This document shows, piece after piece, positions 1-8,789 of a stretch of DNA of 64,000 bases. The stretch is from an uncultured Chloroflexaceae bacterium. Lineage in GTDB: Bacteria > Chloroflexota > Chloroflexia > Chloroflexales > Chloroflexaceae. Numbering within the stretch: position 1 is the stretch's first letter; each line of letters opens with the position of its first letter. The position numbers and the translations under genes are program-made. The notes under the pieces are model-generated. The model made no database searches. It saw nothing but the letters and a program-made list of their open reading frames with translations, and had not been told where the DNA came from. Location: the NCBI GenBank assembly GCA_964526735.1, contig CAZGLO010000001.1, forward strand, positions 6,214 through 70,213. The letters are read 5' to 3'.

Positions 1-79
1 TATGGTTCGACAGGCTGTCCCTACAAACGTAGCATAGAGAGAAAAGTTACAATGTAGTTACGTTTTCTGCTTATCAAAG

Positions 80-895
80 CTAATGCAGCTCATCACCTGG
101 CGCAGTGTTGGCCGCACTCTCTGTCAGATATAGCCCTTTCCATTCATTCATCCGCACCGCAAACACGTCTCGCAAATTACGCAACGAATCTTTGAGTGGA
201 TCGACCTTGGTTTCCGTACCATAGCGCCAATGCACCGGCACTTCGGCGATGCGGTAGCCGCACCGGATGGCCAAAAAAAGCAACTCGACATCATATGCGG
301 TCACCGCCGCCCCTTCAACCGGCTTTGCCTCTTCCCCATAGATGCGCATGCGGTGAAATAGATCGCGGCTTGCCTCATATGTCAGCGCTTTGAAGCCACA
401 TTGTGTATCTTGGATGCCTTTTACGGCCACAGTACGCACAATAAAATTAAAAATGCGCCCCATCACATGGCGATACCACGGTTCGCCTAACCGCTTTGCC
501 CCTACCCCTTCCCGCGACCCAATTGCCACATCGTGCCCATTGAGCAGTTCGTGCTGGAGTTTCTCCCAATCTTCGATGGCAACCGCCAGATCGGCGTCGC
601 AGATGAGGATATATTGCCCTTGCGCCGCCAACACCCCCGACCGGACGGCAAACCCTTTCCCGCGGTGGTCGCACCGCAACACAATCACCCTATCGCTCTC
701 GGTATGGTGTGTTGCTGCCTGTTGTTCTGCTAAGGTGGCGGTGTCGTCAGTGCTGCCATCATCAACGACAATCGTCTCTGTGGAGTATGGCTGCTGCTGA
801 AGATAGGTGAAGACCGAGGTCAGGGTGGCGGGGAGGCGCACCGCTTCATTATAGGCTGGTATTACGACTGAAAGAAAAGGTTGCTCACTAGCCAC
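80..895 (-). CDS. Family 2 glycosyltransferase, polyprenol/dolichol-phosphate hexosyltransferase-like
   Basis: ORF 80..1111. GT2 motifs in the translation: LSVVIPAYNE, VVDDGSTDDT, ILICDADLA, QDTQCGFKA. The first ~70 codons of the maximal ORF overlap the upstream gene and look non-coding. GTG at 895 is my preferred start (uncertain). Confidence 0.8.
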   Translation of the reverse strand: MASEQPFLSVVIPAYNEAVRLPATLTSVFTYLQQQPYSTETIVVDDGSTDDTATLAEQQAATHHTESDRVIVLRCDHRGKGFAVRSGVLAAQGQYILICDADLAVAIEDWEKLQHELLNGHDVAIGSREGVGAKRLGEPWYRHVMGRIFNFIVRTVAVKGIQDTQCGFKALTYEASRDLFHRMRIYGEEAKPVEGAAVTAYDVELLFLAIRCGYRIAEVPVHWRYGTETKVDPLKDSLRNLRDVFAVRMNEWKGLYLTESAANTAPGDELH

Positions 896-1821
896 GCATA
901 CGCTCCTGATGATAAATTGCTTTGTGCCATTGTACCACGCTTCCGCAGAAAGGTGGGAAGGGCGAGTATTGCCGCTGTTTGCCCTCGCAACCGCGCTCGT
1001 GCGGCTCGTTCGCGGATGTGCCACAGCGAATGCAACGCAAACCGACTCTGCGAAAGGAGCAGATGTGGCCAATAGCGCAGTATCAGGGAAGAAGGGAGGT
1101 TTTTTGCCCACACCAACGCAAAATTACGGCCGCAGTAGTAGCTCGCCAACGCTCCGCCGCCGGTCGCACTTAGTTTATGATAAACGACCGCCTGCGGCAC
1201 AAATATCGTCCGCTTGCCCCGCAATCGCGCCCGCAGATTGAGATCAACATCCTCGCAGTACATCACGAGGTCTTCATCAAAGACCTTGCCACCCTCGCTG
1301 AGCGCATTGAGCGTCTCACGGCGGTAGGCGGCGGCTGCAGCACACGGGCCAAACACCTCACTCACGGCATCATATTGGCCATGATCGTGTTCCCACACCC
1401 CCCGACTCCCCGGTTCGCCATCCAGCCGGTAGAAATCACCCACAGAATGAATGTGATCGCGGCGGTTGAAGAGCAAAATCTTGCTTGCGGCAAAGTCGTA
1501 GAAGGGATAGCGTTCAAGCGCCCCCACCAGATGCGCAAGCCAATGCGGATCAGCCTCTGTGTCGTTGTTGAGCAGTACCACATATGGCCTATCAGTCACG
1601 CGGAGTGCTTCGTTCACCGCCGTCGCAAGGCCACGGTTCGTTGGCAGCACAACCAAGTGGACATCAGGGTAGTCGCGGCGGAGGAGCGTGACGGAATCGT
1701 CCGTGCTCCCGTCATCCACCACCGTCACCCGCATATCACGCCGCGTCTGGCGGCGAAGCGAGTCGAGGCAGGTGGGCAAGAGTGGCGCGCCGTTGTAGTT
1801 GGGGATAATAATATCTATCAA
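862..1821 (-). CDS. Family 2 glycosyltransferase (rhamnosyltransferase-like)
   Basis: 319-aa ORF. N-terminal IIIPNYNGAPLL, VVDDGSTDDS, NRGLATAVNEA, LLNNDTE and later YCEDVDLNLR are typical GT2 (GT-A fold) signatures. Confidence 0.85.
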   Translation of the reverse strand: MIDIIIPNYNGAPLLPTCLDSLRRQTRRDMRVTVVDDGSTDDSVTLLRRDYPDVHLVVLPTNRGLATAVNEALRVTDRPYVVLLNNDTEADPHWLAHLVGALERYPFYDFAASKILLFNRRDHIHSVGDFYRLDGEPGSRGVWEHDHGQYDAVSEVFGPCAAAAAYRRETLNALSEGGKVFDEDLVMYCEDVDLNLRARLRGKRTIFVPQAVVYHKLSATGGGALASYYCGRNFALVWAKNLPSSLILRYWPHLLLSQSRFALHSLWHIRERAARARLRGQTAAILALPTFLRKRGTMAQSNLSSGAYAWLVSNLFFQS

Positions 1822-1963
1822 TGGTTATGAATATCCATAAAATAGGCCATTATGTGGCTTGTCATTGGATTTTGTGCTCAAGGCCTGCTTGTGGTAGAGT
1901 AGTGCATCGGGTTCGTTTGGAAAGAAGCAATCGTACATTTCTACCGGCTCATGAGCCACTCCC

Positions 1964-1993
1964 CATTCTACCATAACGAACTATGGTGGAATG
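1964..1993. repeat. Imperfect 12-bp inverted repeat CATTCTACCATA-N6-TATGGTGGAATG in a divergent intergenic region
   Basis: Read directly; 11 of 12 positions complementary. Lies between the divergent GT2 gene (start 1821) and the transporter gene (start 2145). Confidence 0.6.
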
Positions 1994-2144
1994 TACCACA
2001 CTGCCTGCCAGACAATGGAGCGATGTAACCTAGCGCCAGTTTTTGCATCTAACCTAACGATCCCCACATATGTCAAAAGTGTTACTCGTTCGGTACTATG
2101 CACTATTTGGCGACCGCTGAAAAAACATTATAGGAGTACTCTTT

Positions 2145-3203
2145 ATGCAGCCTGCACAATCTGTTGCTCAACACTCAGATGGTTCTGATGGTGTGATGGA
2201 AGAAGAGCAACGATTAAAAAACTTTCCTATCTCCTTTTTTGCGACTATTCTTGGTCTCACCGGCACGACAATTGCCTTTCAACGGGCAGAGATGATCCTC
2301 AAATGGCCGTTTCAGGTCAGCCCTATCATCTTGACACTCACGGTGTTTCTCTTTTTCATGCTGCTGGTGCTGTACACCGTCAAAATCGTCCTCTACCCGG
2401 AGGAAGTCAAGCATGAAGCACGTCACCCTGTCCGCATCAACTTCTTCCCTACGCTGTCGATTAGCCTGTTGCTGATGAATATTGCGTTTCATTCCATCAG
2501 CGATCCGGTCTCGAAGTATTTGTGGATCATTGGGACGATCCTCCACGCCATTTTCTCGCTCTCGATTATGGCCTTTTGGATACAGCACCCCAATTTTCAG
2601 ATCAATCACTTCAATGCGGCGTGGTTTATCCCCGTGGTCGGGAATATTCTTGTCCCTGTGACTGGTGCAGAGCACGGGTTTTTGGAAGTGTCGTGGTTTT
2701 TCTTTAGTATTGGGTTTATTTTCTGGATTGTTCTGTTGACAATCCTGTTTAACCGATTGATTTTTCACCACCCTCTGCCACAAAAGCTGCTTCCCACGCT
2801 CTTTATTACGATTGCACCGCCGGCGGTCGGGTTTATTTCCTACGTCAAGGTCAATCATGAGCATGTGGACAACTTTGCGATTGTGCTCTACCACTTTGCA
2901 TTATTCTCTTTCTTCCTGATGATCTTCCAGATCCGTATGTTTTCGAAGATCAAGTTTTTCTTGTCGTGGTGGGCCTATTCCTTCCCCATCGCAGCCATGA
3001 CCATCGCAACGCTCTTCCGGCTCAAGCTTATTCGCGATTGCATAGCCAACGATGCTGCTTGTCCCTACATGCCTCTTCATGTCAATTTCTATACCACGCT
3101 TGCGTATGGTCTGCTCGCCTTCCTGACGGTGGTGATTAGCATGTTGGTCATCCGAACGATTTTATCGGTCATGGCACGCGAGATTTGTGTGGTGGAAGAT
3201 TAG
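2145..3203 (+). CDS. TehA/SLAC1 (TDT) family anion/C4-dicarboxylate transporter
   Basis: 352-aa polytopic membrane ORF with about 10 hydrophobic segments. N-terminal FPISFFATILGLTGTTIAFQRAE and AAWFIPVVGNILVP resemble the TehA/Mae1/SLAC1 family. AGGAG lies about 12 nt upstream of the ATG at 2145. Confidence 0.75.
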   Translation: MQPAQSVAQHSDGSDGVMEEEQRLKNFPISFFATILGLTGTTIAFQRAEMILKWPFQVSPIILTLTVFLFFMLLVLYTVKIVLYPEEVKHEARHPVRINFFPTLSISLLLMNIAFHSISDPVSKYLWIIGTILHAIFSLSIMAFWIQHPNFQINHFNAAWFIPVVGNILVPVTGAEHGFLEVSWFFFSIGFIFWIVLLTILFNRLIFHHPLPQKLLPTLFITIAPPAVGFISYVKVNHEHVDNFAIVLYHFALFSFFLMIFQIRMFSKIKFFLSWWAYSFPIAAMTIATLFRLKLIRDCIANDAACPYMPLHVNFYTTLAYGLLAFLTVVISMLVIRTILSVMAREICVVED

Positions 3204-3240
3204 GATTGTTTGTTTTTTCTTATAGAGAGGAGTTTCTATC

Positions 3241-3450
3241 GTGATTCGGTTTATTCGTATGGCTCATCGGTGGGTGGCCCCGCTCTTCATCATCGCCATG
3301 GTTGCGGTCGCGTTGACCGGCTTCCCAAAGCCTGCAAATATCGCACAGGTTGCGCAACAGGCTTTGATGATGCTCTTGGCGCTTTCGGGTCTTGTCTTGT
3401 TCTTCTACCCGCTGTTCGCAAAGAGAAAGCGCTCTAACGACTCTGAGTAA
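3241..3450 (+). CDS. Small hypothetical membrane protein (2 TM segments)
   Basis: 69-codon ORF with a GTG start preceded by AGAGAGGAG 8 nt upstream. Two hydrophobic stretches and a basic C-terminal tail. No recognisable family. Confidence 0.35.
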   Translation: MIRFIRMAHRWVAPLFIIAMVAVALTGFPKPANIAQVAQQALMMLLALSGLVLFFYPLFAKRKRSNDSE

Positions 3451-3495
3451 TGTCTTTACCATTCTGACCGCGTGAGTAAGGGCGAAGACACGCAA

Positions 3496-3545
3496 AAGGG
3501 GGAGAAGTGGAGGGTGTTCCAACACTTCCGCCCCCTTGTGTTTTT
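3496..3545. terminator. Hairpin plus T-tract between convergent genes (probably a bidirectional intrinsic terminator)
   Basis: AAGGGGGAGAAGTG (3496-3509) pairs with CACTTCCGCCCCCTT (3523-3537) with one bulge, followed by GTGTTTTT. Confidence 0.55.
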
Positions 3546-3558
3546 CCCCTACCAGTAG

Positions 3559-4986
3559 CTACCCGCGCCGATAGGCTTGATATGCCTCGTCAAGCAACTC
3601 CACCACGTACCGCACCTCGACAGCCTGGCCCTGCTTCCGAAGCTCTCCTGCCATCTGTACCGCACAACCCGGGTTGGTTGTCGCGATGATTGTCGCTCCC
3701 GTGGCGAGAGCATGGCGGATCTTGCGTTGGCCAAGCCGTTGCGCCATCTCCGGCTGCGTGATGTTATACACCCCCGCGCTGCCGCAACACACTGCACTCT
3801 CCTGCATCTCCCGCACCTCTAGCCCCGGAATGGCACGCAGTAGGTCGCGGGGCTGGACGCGGATGCGTTGGGCGTGGGCCAAATGGCATGCGTCCTGGTA
3901 GGTGACGGTGTGTGGCAAAGAACCAAGCGTGGCGCGATTTATCTCGATAGCGCAGAGAAATTCGTGGATATCCTGCACCTGCTGGGCAAATGCAACCGCC
4001 TCATCATGCCATTCGGGGTCGTCTGCCAGCAATTCGCCATACTCTTTGAGCGTACTGCCACACCCCGCCGCATTGACGATGATCGCATCAAATGGCCTAC
4101 TCTGGCCTTCCCCCGCCGCGGCCCGAAATGCCGCGATATTGTGGCGGGCAAGCGCACGCCCTCCCTCCAAATCGCCGCTGTGGACGTGCAATGCGCCACA
4201 ACACCCTTGATGAGGCGGCAACACCACTTCACACCCATTATGCTGCAGCACCCGTATGGTCGCCTCATGCACATGGGCAAAAGCCGTACTCATAATGCAG
4301 CCGGTCAGCAGTGCAACCGTGTAACGGCGCTCTCCGATGGCGGGGTAGACTTGCCCCTGCGGCGTCGTGAATGGGCGGCTCATAGGCGGCAAAAGCGCTT
4401 CAAGGTCGTTCAAATCGCCCATCCCAAACTTCTTGAGGAGAGGTATCGCTCGCACCAGCCGCTGTATGCCACTGCGTTGGTAGAGGGCTAGCAGGCCGGA
4501 AAAACGGCGAAACCACGTCATATCGGCGAAGAGACGGCGGAAGACCACCCATCGCAATACCCGTTGCCACCACGGACGCGGCAGAAGCTCATCAGGTGCG
4601 ACGCCAATCGACATCACCTCTGCCAACTCACGTCCTTGCTCTATCTGCGCGCGGCAGGCCTCAAGCATCACCCCGTAGCGCACCCCACTAGGGCAGACCG
4701 CCTCACACGCCCGGCAGTTGAGGCATTGGGCCATCTGCTCCTGAAACACCGCGCTGTTAAGGCCAATACGGCCCTCCTTCACCCCCCGCATCAGGTAGAT
4801 ACGACCGCGGGGCGAAGATGGTTCCACGCCCGTTTCGCGGTAGGTGGGGCATGAGGAGAGACACAATGCGCAGTGGATGCACGCATGGAGGTTGTCTGCT
4901 TGGGGGATATCAGTGCCATAGAACCCCAATGCCACCCGTGCATCAGTGGTGTGGGGAGTGTGTTGGAGGTGTTGCTGATCGGACAT
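3559..4986 (-). CDS. glcF: GlcF-like (Fe-S)-binding protein: two 4Fe-4S ferredoxin motifs plus two CCG cysteine-rich domains
   Basis: 475-aa ORF. CIHCALCLSSCP and CLNCRACEAVCP are ferredoxin-type clusters. The downstream CCGALH.. and CCGSAG.. motifs are typical of glycolate oxidase subunit F / heterodisulfide-reductase-related proteins. Confidence 0.8.
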   Translation of the reverse strand: MSDQQHLQHTPHTTDARVALGFYGTDIPQADNLHACIHCALCLSSCPTYRETGVEPSSPRGRIYLMRGVKEGRIGLNSAVFQEQMAQCLNCRACEAVCPSGVRYGVMLEACRAQIEQGRELAEVMSIGVAPDELLPRPWWQRVLRWVVFRRLFADMTWFRRFSGLLALYQRSGIQRLVRAIPLLKKFGMGDLNDLEALLPPMSRPFTTPQGQVYPAIGERRYTVALLTGCIMSTAFAHVHEATIRVLQHNGCEVVLPPHQGCCGALHVHSGDLEGGRALARHNIAAFRAAAGEGQSRPFDAIIVNAAGCGSTLKEYGELLADDPEWHDEAVAFAQQVQDIHEFLCAIEINRATLGSLPHTVTYQDACHLAHAQRIRVQPRDLLRAIPGLEVREMQESAVCCGSAGVYNITQPEMAQRLGQRKIRHALATGATIIATTNPGCAVQMAGELRKQGQAVEVRYVVELLDEAYQAYRRG

Positions 4987-5000
4987 TAAGTTACGTCACC

Positions 5001-5921
5001 CTATTGCTCTGTTTCACGACGCGGGGTGCCGGTCGCGATGGTCACATTGGCCGCATCCTGGTAGATCTTGCTGATGGAGCAGTAGTCTTGCCTGGCATAC
5101 CCTTGCCCCTCCGCCAACTCATAGAGCTGATAGGCAAGGCCAGTCATCATCATGGGCACGCCAAGCGATTTGGCCGTCTCAAGCGCCGCGCCAAGGTCTT
5201 TCTGCATCAGGTGGGTGGCGAACCCCGGGTCATAATTATCCTTGAGCATGCGGTCTTTGAGCCATTGGTCAAGGAGGAAGTTTGCCCCCGCCGATTGCAT
5301 AATCACGTCGCGCATGACACTCGCATCGCCGCCCGCCTTGGTGGCCAGGGTGAAGGCCTCTGCGATGCCGACCATCATCAGCCCAGCGATGACGTTGTTG
5401 GCCAGCTTAACGGTCTGGCCCATGCCGTTGGGGCCGAGGTGGGTGACACTCTTGCCAAGCACATTGAGAACCGGCTCAACCCGCTCAAAGACCTCCCGTT
5501 CTCCCCCCACCATGATGGCTAATTCACCTTTGGCTGCGCGCTCAGGGCCGCCGCTGATAGGCGCATCGAGCATGTGGATACCGTGTTCGGCCAAGATACC
5601 CGCAATACTCTGCGAATCGATGGGCGCGATGGTGCTGCAATCAATCACAACCGTGTTTGCCACCGCGCCGCGGAGGATCCCCTCCTCCCCAAGGCAGACC
5701 TCATCAACTTGCGGGGCATCGGGGACACAGGTGAAGATAATATCACTTGCCTGCGCGACCTCCTTTGGGCTGGCAACGACATGTGCACCAAGCGCGCGGA
5801 GGCGTTCGACCGGCTTTGGGTTGACGTGTCCGCACGTGGTGAGCTGATAGCCGCTCTGGATGAGGTGCGTGGCCATCGGTTCGCCTATCGTGCCGAGGCC
5901 GATAAACCCAATCTTTGGCAT
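5001..5921 (-). CDS. NAD(P)-dependent 3-hydroxyacid dehydrogenase (HIBADH / tartronate-semialdehyde reductase family)
   Basis: 306-aa ORF. N-terminal Rossmann motif IGFIGLGTIGEPMA; later LDAPISGG and the MQKDLGAAL family signature. GGAGACGA RBS upstream of the ATG at 5921. Confidence 0.85.
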   Translation of the reverse strand: MPKIGFIGLGTIGEPMATHLIQSGYQLTTCGHVNPKPVERLRALGAHVVASPKEVAQASDIIFTCVPDAPQVDEVCLGEEGILRGAVANTVVIDCSTIAPIDSQSIAGILAEHGIHMLDAPISGGPERAAKGELAIMVGGEREVFERVEPVLNVLGKSVTHLGPNGMGQTVKLANNVIAGLMMVGIAEAFTLATKAGGDASVMRDVIMQSAGANFLLDQWLKDRMLKDNYDPGFATHLMQKDLGAALETAKSLGVPMMMTGLAYQLYELAEGQGYARQDYCSISKIYQDAANVTIATGTPRRETEQ

Positions 5922-5991
5922 ATCGTCTCCCTCTTTCTAGTGTTCTTCGTCCGTATCATCCTCAATCGCTTGTACCGCTTGTATAGATGAG

Positions 5992-7230
5992 CTATGGAGC
6001 ACTTGAATGCACCTGATAGCTGTTGATGATCGCATTGGTTGTCTCTTGGAGATTGACAAATTGGTCTTCGGGGACAATCACCCATAAAATAGAGACGAGG
6101 TCGGCGTCCTGCTGAATAAAGCTATTGCCAAGCAGCGAGACCATCGTGTCGTCTATCCGCTCGTCGTAGGTGAACGACACCCGAACGCTGCCATCTGGCT
6201 GCAATTCCGGCTCATGCACCACCACATCCCCCCGCTCGGCAAACCCTTGCTGGATACTTTGCTGGAGGAGTGAGCCTAGTTCTCCTGTGGTACGCCGTGG
6301 CCCTTCCGCCGGAATGACCATCACGGAGATGAGGCCATTCTCCTGTGGCGCGACGAAGTTGATCAACGTCATATCATCATCGCTGCGGTCTTCAAGATTC
6401 CAGTTATTTGGTACGTTCACGGAGAACGTCCCATCAGGATGGGTGTAATTCCGCAATTCCCCAACGTCAACAGGGGTAGTCGGAGCAGTCATGCGCGGTT
6501 GGCCTCCGCCCTCCTCCACCAGCTCCTTGCCAAGCAGCCCAAAGAGGACGTTGTAGGGGGGGAGGTTTTCGGGGTGCAGCTCAAAGCGGGCACGCTCAAA
6601 CCATTGCACCGTATACTCTTCGCCGTCTAAGATTTCGGAGCGCGGCTCACTGACCGGCATGCCAAATAACGCCAGACTTTCGGCTTCGGAGCTACCGGCT
6701 ACCCCATCAAGCTCAAGCCCATTGGAGTTCCATGCCTGCAGAAAGTCATCGCACACGGTGTGTTCTGTCTCGGCGAAGTAGCGGCACCCCGTGACTGGCT
6801 CCCCTTTGTCAAGGGTGAACCAATTTACGCCTTGCTGCTCAAGCGCATCGACGCCAAGCCGCCCAAGCAGTACATCGTAGGGCGGGTCAAATTCGGGGTG
6901 GAGTTCAAGGCGGTTGCGCTCAAACCACTGCACTTGAACCGGCTGACCTTCGATGATCTCTTGATATTGTTCGGTGATGGGGTAGCCAAACACCGTTAAG
7001 CCGTCATTTTGCTCCCAAAACTCGCGTATCCGGCCTGAAATGCAGTAGCCCGTTTCGGGGAAACAACGCGCGTCATCTTGCTGTGCATGCGCCACCCCGC
7101 CCGCAGCAGAGGGGGCAAACGCCAACCAACACGTCATGATAATCACCCATATGGCCACCCATCGCGTCAGGGCGGGACGGCGGCGATTGGGGTGGCGTGG
7201 GTGGCTTGATACGAGGGGCAGAGATACCAT
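5992..7230 (-). CDS. Secreted/membrane-anchored protein with two ~70-aa FxETGxxx...QWFERxRxExHPE repeats and an unassigned C-terminal domain
   Basis: N-terminal basic stretch plus a hydrophobic helix (WVAIWVIIMTCWLAFAPSAAGG). The repeats end in VQWFERNRLELHPE and VQWFERARFELHPE. The ATG at 7230 overlaps the msrB stop (TGATG). Confidence 0.7.
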   Translation of the reverse strand: MVSLPLVSSHPRHPNRRRPALTRWVAIWVIIMTCWLAFAPSAAGGVAHAQQDDARCFPETGYCISGRIREFWEQNDGLTVFGYPITEQYQEIIEGQPVQVQWFERNRLELHPEFDPPYDVLLGRLGVDALEQQGVNWFTLDKGEPVTGCRYFAETEHTVCDDFLQAWNSNGLELDGVAGSSEAESLALFGMPVSEPRSEILDGEEYTVQWFERARFELHPENLPPYNVLFGLLGKELVEEGGGQPRMTAPTTPVDVGELRNYTHPDGTFSVNVPNNWNLEDRSDDDMTLINFVAPQENGLISVMVIPAEGPRRTTGELGSLLQQSIQQGFAERGDVVVHEPELQPDGSVRVSFTYDERIDDTMVSLLGNSFIQQDADLVSILWVIVPEDQFVNLQETTNAIINSYQVHSSAP

Positions 7231-7670
7231 CAATCCTTATCCTTATCACTCGGTGTATCGGGTGTATCGGGTGTATCGTCTGAAGTAAGGTTGAGCGACA
7301 CTGAATTGATGCAATAGCGTTGGCGGGTGGGCTGAGGGCCATCATCAAAGACGTGGCCAAGATGTGCGCCACATGCCCCGCATACCACCTCGGTTCGCTG
7401 CATGCCGTGGCTCGAGTCGGAGTGCATCTCAACGCTGTCGGGGGAGACAGGTGCGTAGAAGCTTGGCCACCCCGTGCCAGAGTCATATTTGGTGTCGGAG
7501 TGGAAGAGCGGTTTGTCGCAGCAGACACAGCGATAAACACCCTCCGCCTTGCTATCCCAGTAGATGCCGGTGAAGGGACGTTCTGTGCCTTTTTGGCGGC
7601 ACACTTGGTATTGCTCTGGCGTCAATTCTTGTTGCCATTGTTCGTCAGACTTCTTTATCTTCTTGGGCAT
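7230..7670 (-). CDS. msrB: Peptide-methionine (R)-S-oxide reductase
   Basis: Canonical SelR/MsrB motifs: [38 protein letters not shown]. Unusual acidic tail [18 protein letters not shown]. Confidence 0.95.
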   Translation of the reverse strand: MPKKIKKSDEQWQQELTPEQYQVCRQKGTERPFTGIYWDSKAEGVYRCVCCDKPLFHSDTKYDSGTGWPSFYAPVSPDSVEMHSDSSHGMQRTEVVCGACGAHLGHVFDDGPQPTRQRYCINSVSLNLTSDDTPDTPDTPSDKDKD

Positions 7671-7886
7671 AGGATTTCACCTTATTTCGATGCAAATATG
7701 CGTATCCTTCTCCCCCATGCTACCACGATTCTGGTTTTCCCTTCCCTTTCTGCCTTGCAGTGCGCCACCGATTATAGCATAGCGCTTCCTCTTGGCCGCC
7801 ACTCCAATAGAAAACCCGCCACAACCACGTACAGTCTCGTGGCTGGCGGCGGGTATGGCGCTTCGCCCTTCCACCTCTCCCGTACT

Positions 7887-8636
7887 CTACCGCTGGGAAG
7901 CCCTATACTTCTCTGGTATCTCCTCGATTGTATCAAAGCACTCTACATTTTCGTAGGTTCTATCGTAGAATGCCCCACCCGGCACGTGATAGATATCCTT
8001 GCTTTTATTGCCCTTTATTTGGCCTTTCTCGCACGGCCAATACGGAGGATCGACCTTGCACCCCCCGCCATCGTTGCCGCAATCATACAGCGTATGGTCA
8101 GAGAAGGTAGTTGGGTTGGGCAGCTCAGAAGCGGTTGAGGTTGGGGTATTGGTAGGTGTGTCGGTGGCGGTTTCATCCGCGTCGTCCTGCTCATTATCGT
8201 CATCTGGCGTGGCAGTGGGCGTATTGGTGGATCGGGGGGTATTGGTAGGGCGGGGCGTGTCTTCTTTTGATGCAGTAGTGGCGGCTGCCTCTGCCTCTAT
8301 GGTTTGTAGCTCTTCGGGGTGAGGCACAACACACCACGTCGAGGTAATCACCTGTGAAGTTCCTCTCACCCGCACCTCGACCAGATAATCGCCCGGAGCC
8401 TCGACCACCTCGATAGGAATGCGATAGTTGCCCTGGTCATTGGTCAGCCCGCCACCCACTGGTCTCCCATCCCAGTAGGCCACCAAGCTGTGGCGGGGCG
8501 GGCCACTCCCCTCAAGAAAGGCCATCGTTTGTGGTTCGCAGGTGCGGCGGGGGAACGTATCATTGTTGGTTCCCTGCGCGACGGTGATCGACACCATCCC
8601 CACAATGAGTATCAAGCCAGCGATGAGCTTTTTCAT
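7887..8636 (-). CDS. Secreted protein: signal peptide, Ig/carboxypeptidase-regulatory-like domain, Thr/Pro/Asp linker, C-terminal sunset-like domain
   Basis: N-terminal MKKLIAGLILIVGMVSITVAQG. Linker TPRPTNTPRSTNTPTATPDDDNEQDD.. C-terminal IKGNKSKDIYHVPGGAFYDRTYENVECFDTIEE matches the IKGN..YH.PG..YY motif of sunset/ComEA-associated domains (from memory). Confidence 0.7.
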   Translation of the reverse strand: MKKLIAGLILIVGMVSITVAQGTNNDTFPRRTCEPQTMAFLEGSGPPRHSLVAYWDGRPVGGGLTNDQGNYRIPIEVVEAPGDYLVEVRVRGTSQVITSTWCVVPHPEELQTIEAEAAATTASKEDTPRPTNTPRSTNTPTATPDDDNEQDDADETATDTPTNTPTSTASELPNPTTFSDHTLYDCGNDGGGCKVDPPYWPCEKGQIKGNKSKDIYHVPGGAFYDRTYENVECFDTIEEIPEKYRASQR

Positions 8637-8789
8637 GATATTTCTCCCAAAGTCTCTTCATAGATTGGTTTGCCACGAAAAGAGTCACCATATCGTCATC
8701 TTGTTATCTTGTTTTTCATCGCCTACCTACGTGGTCTGTGGTATTATTTGGATATCACAGCGACATTTGTTATGAGGAAGTGGGGATAT

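Noticed and set aside
2214-2894. 226-aa minus-strand ORF
   Set aside because: It is antisense to the TehA/SLAC1-type transporter. Its highly basic, low-complexity translation is not protein-like.
8670-8789. N-terminal extensions of maximal ORFs (8670..8789, 15215..15376, 51360..51575, 27847..28050, 37762..37848, 896..1111)
   Set aside because: Internal ATG/GTG starts with good Shine-Dalgarno sequences give sensible signal peptides or domain starts. The extensions overlap neighbouring genes or promoter-like sequence and have atypical composition.
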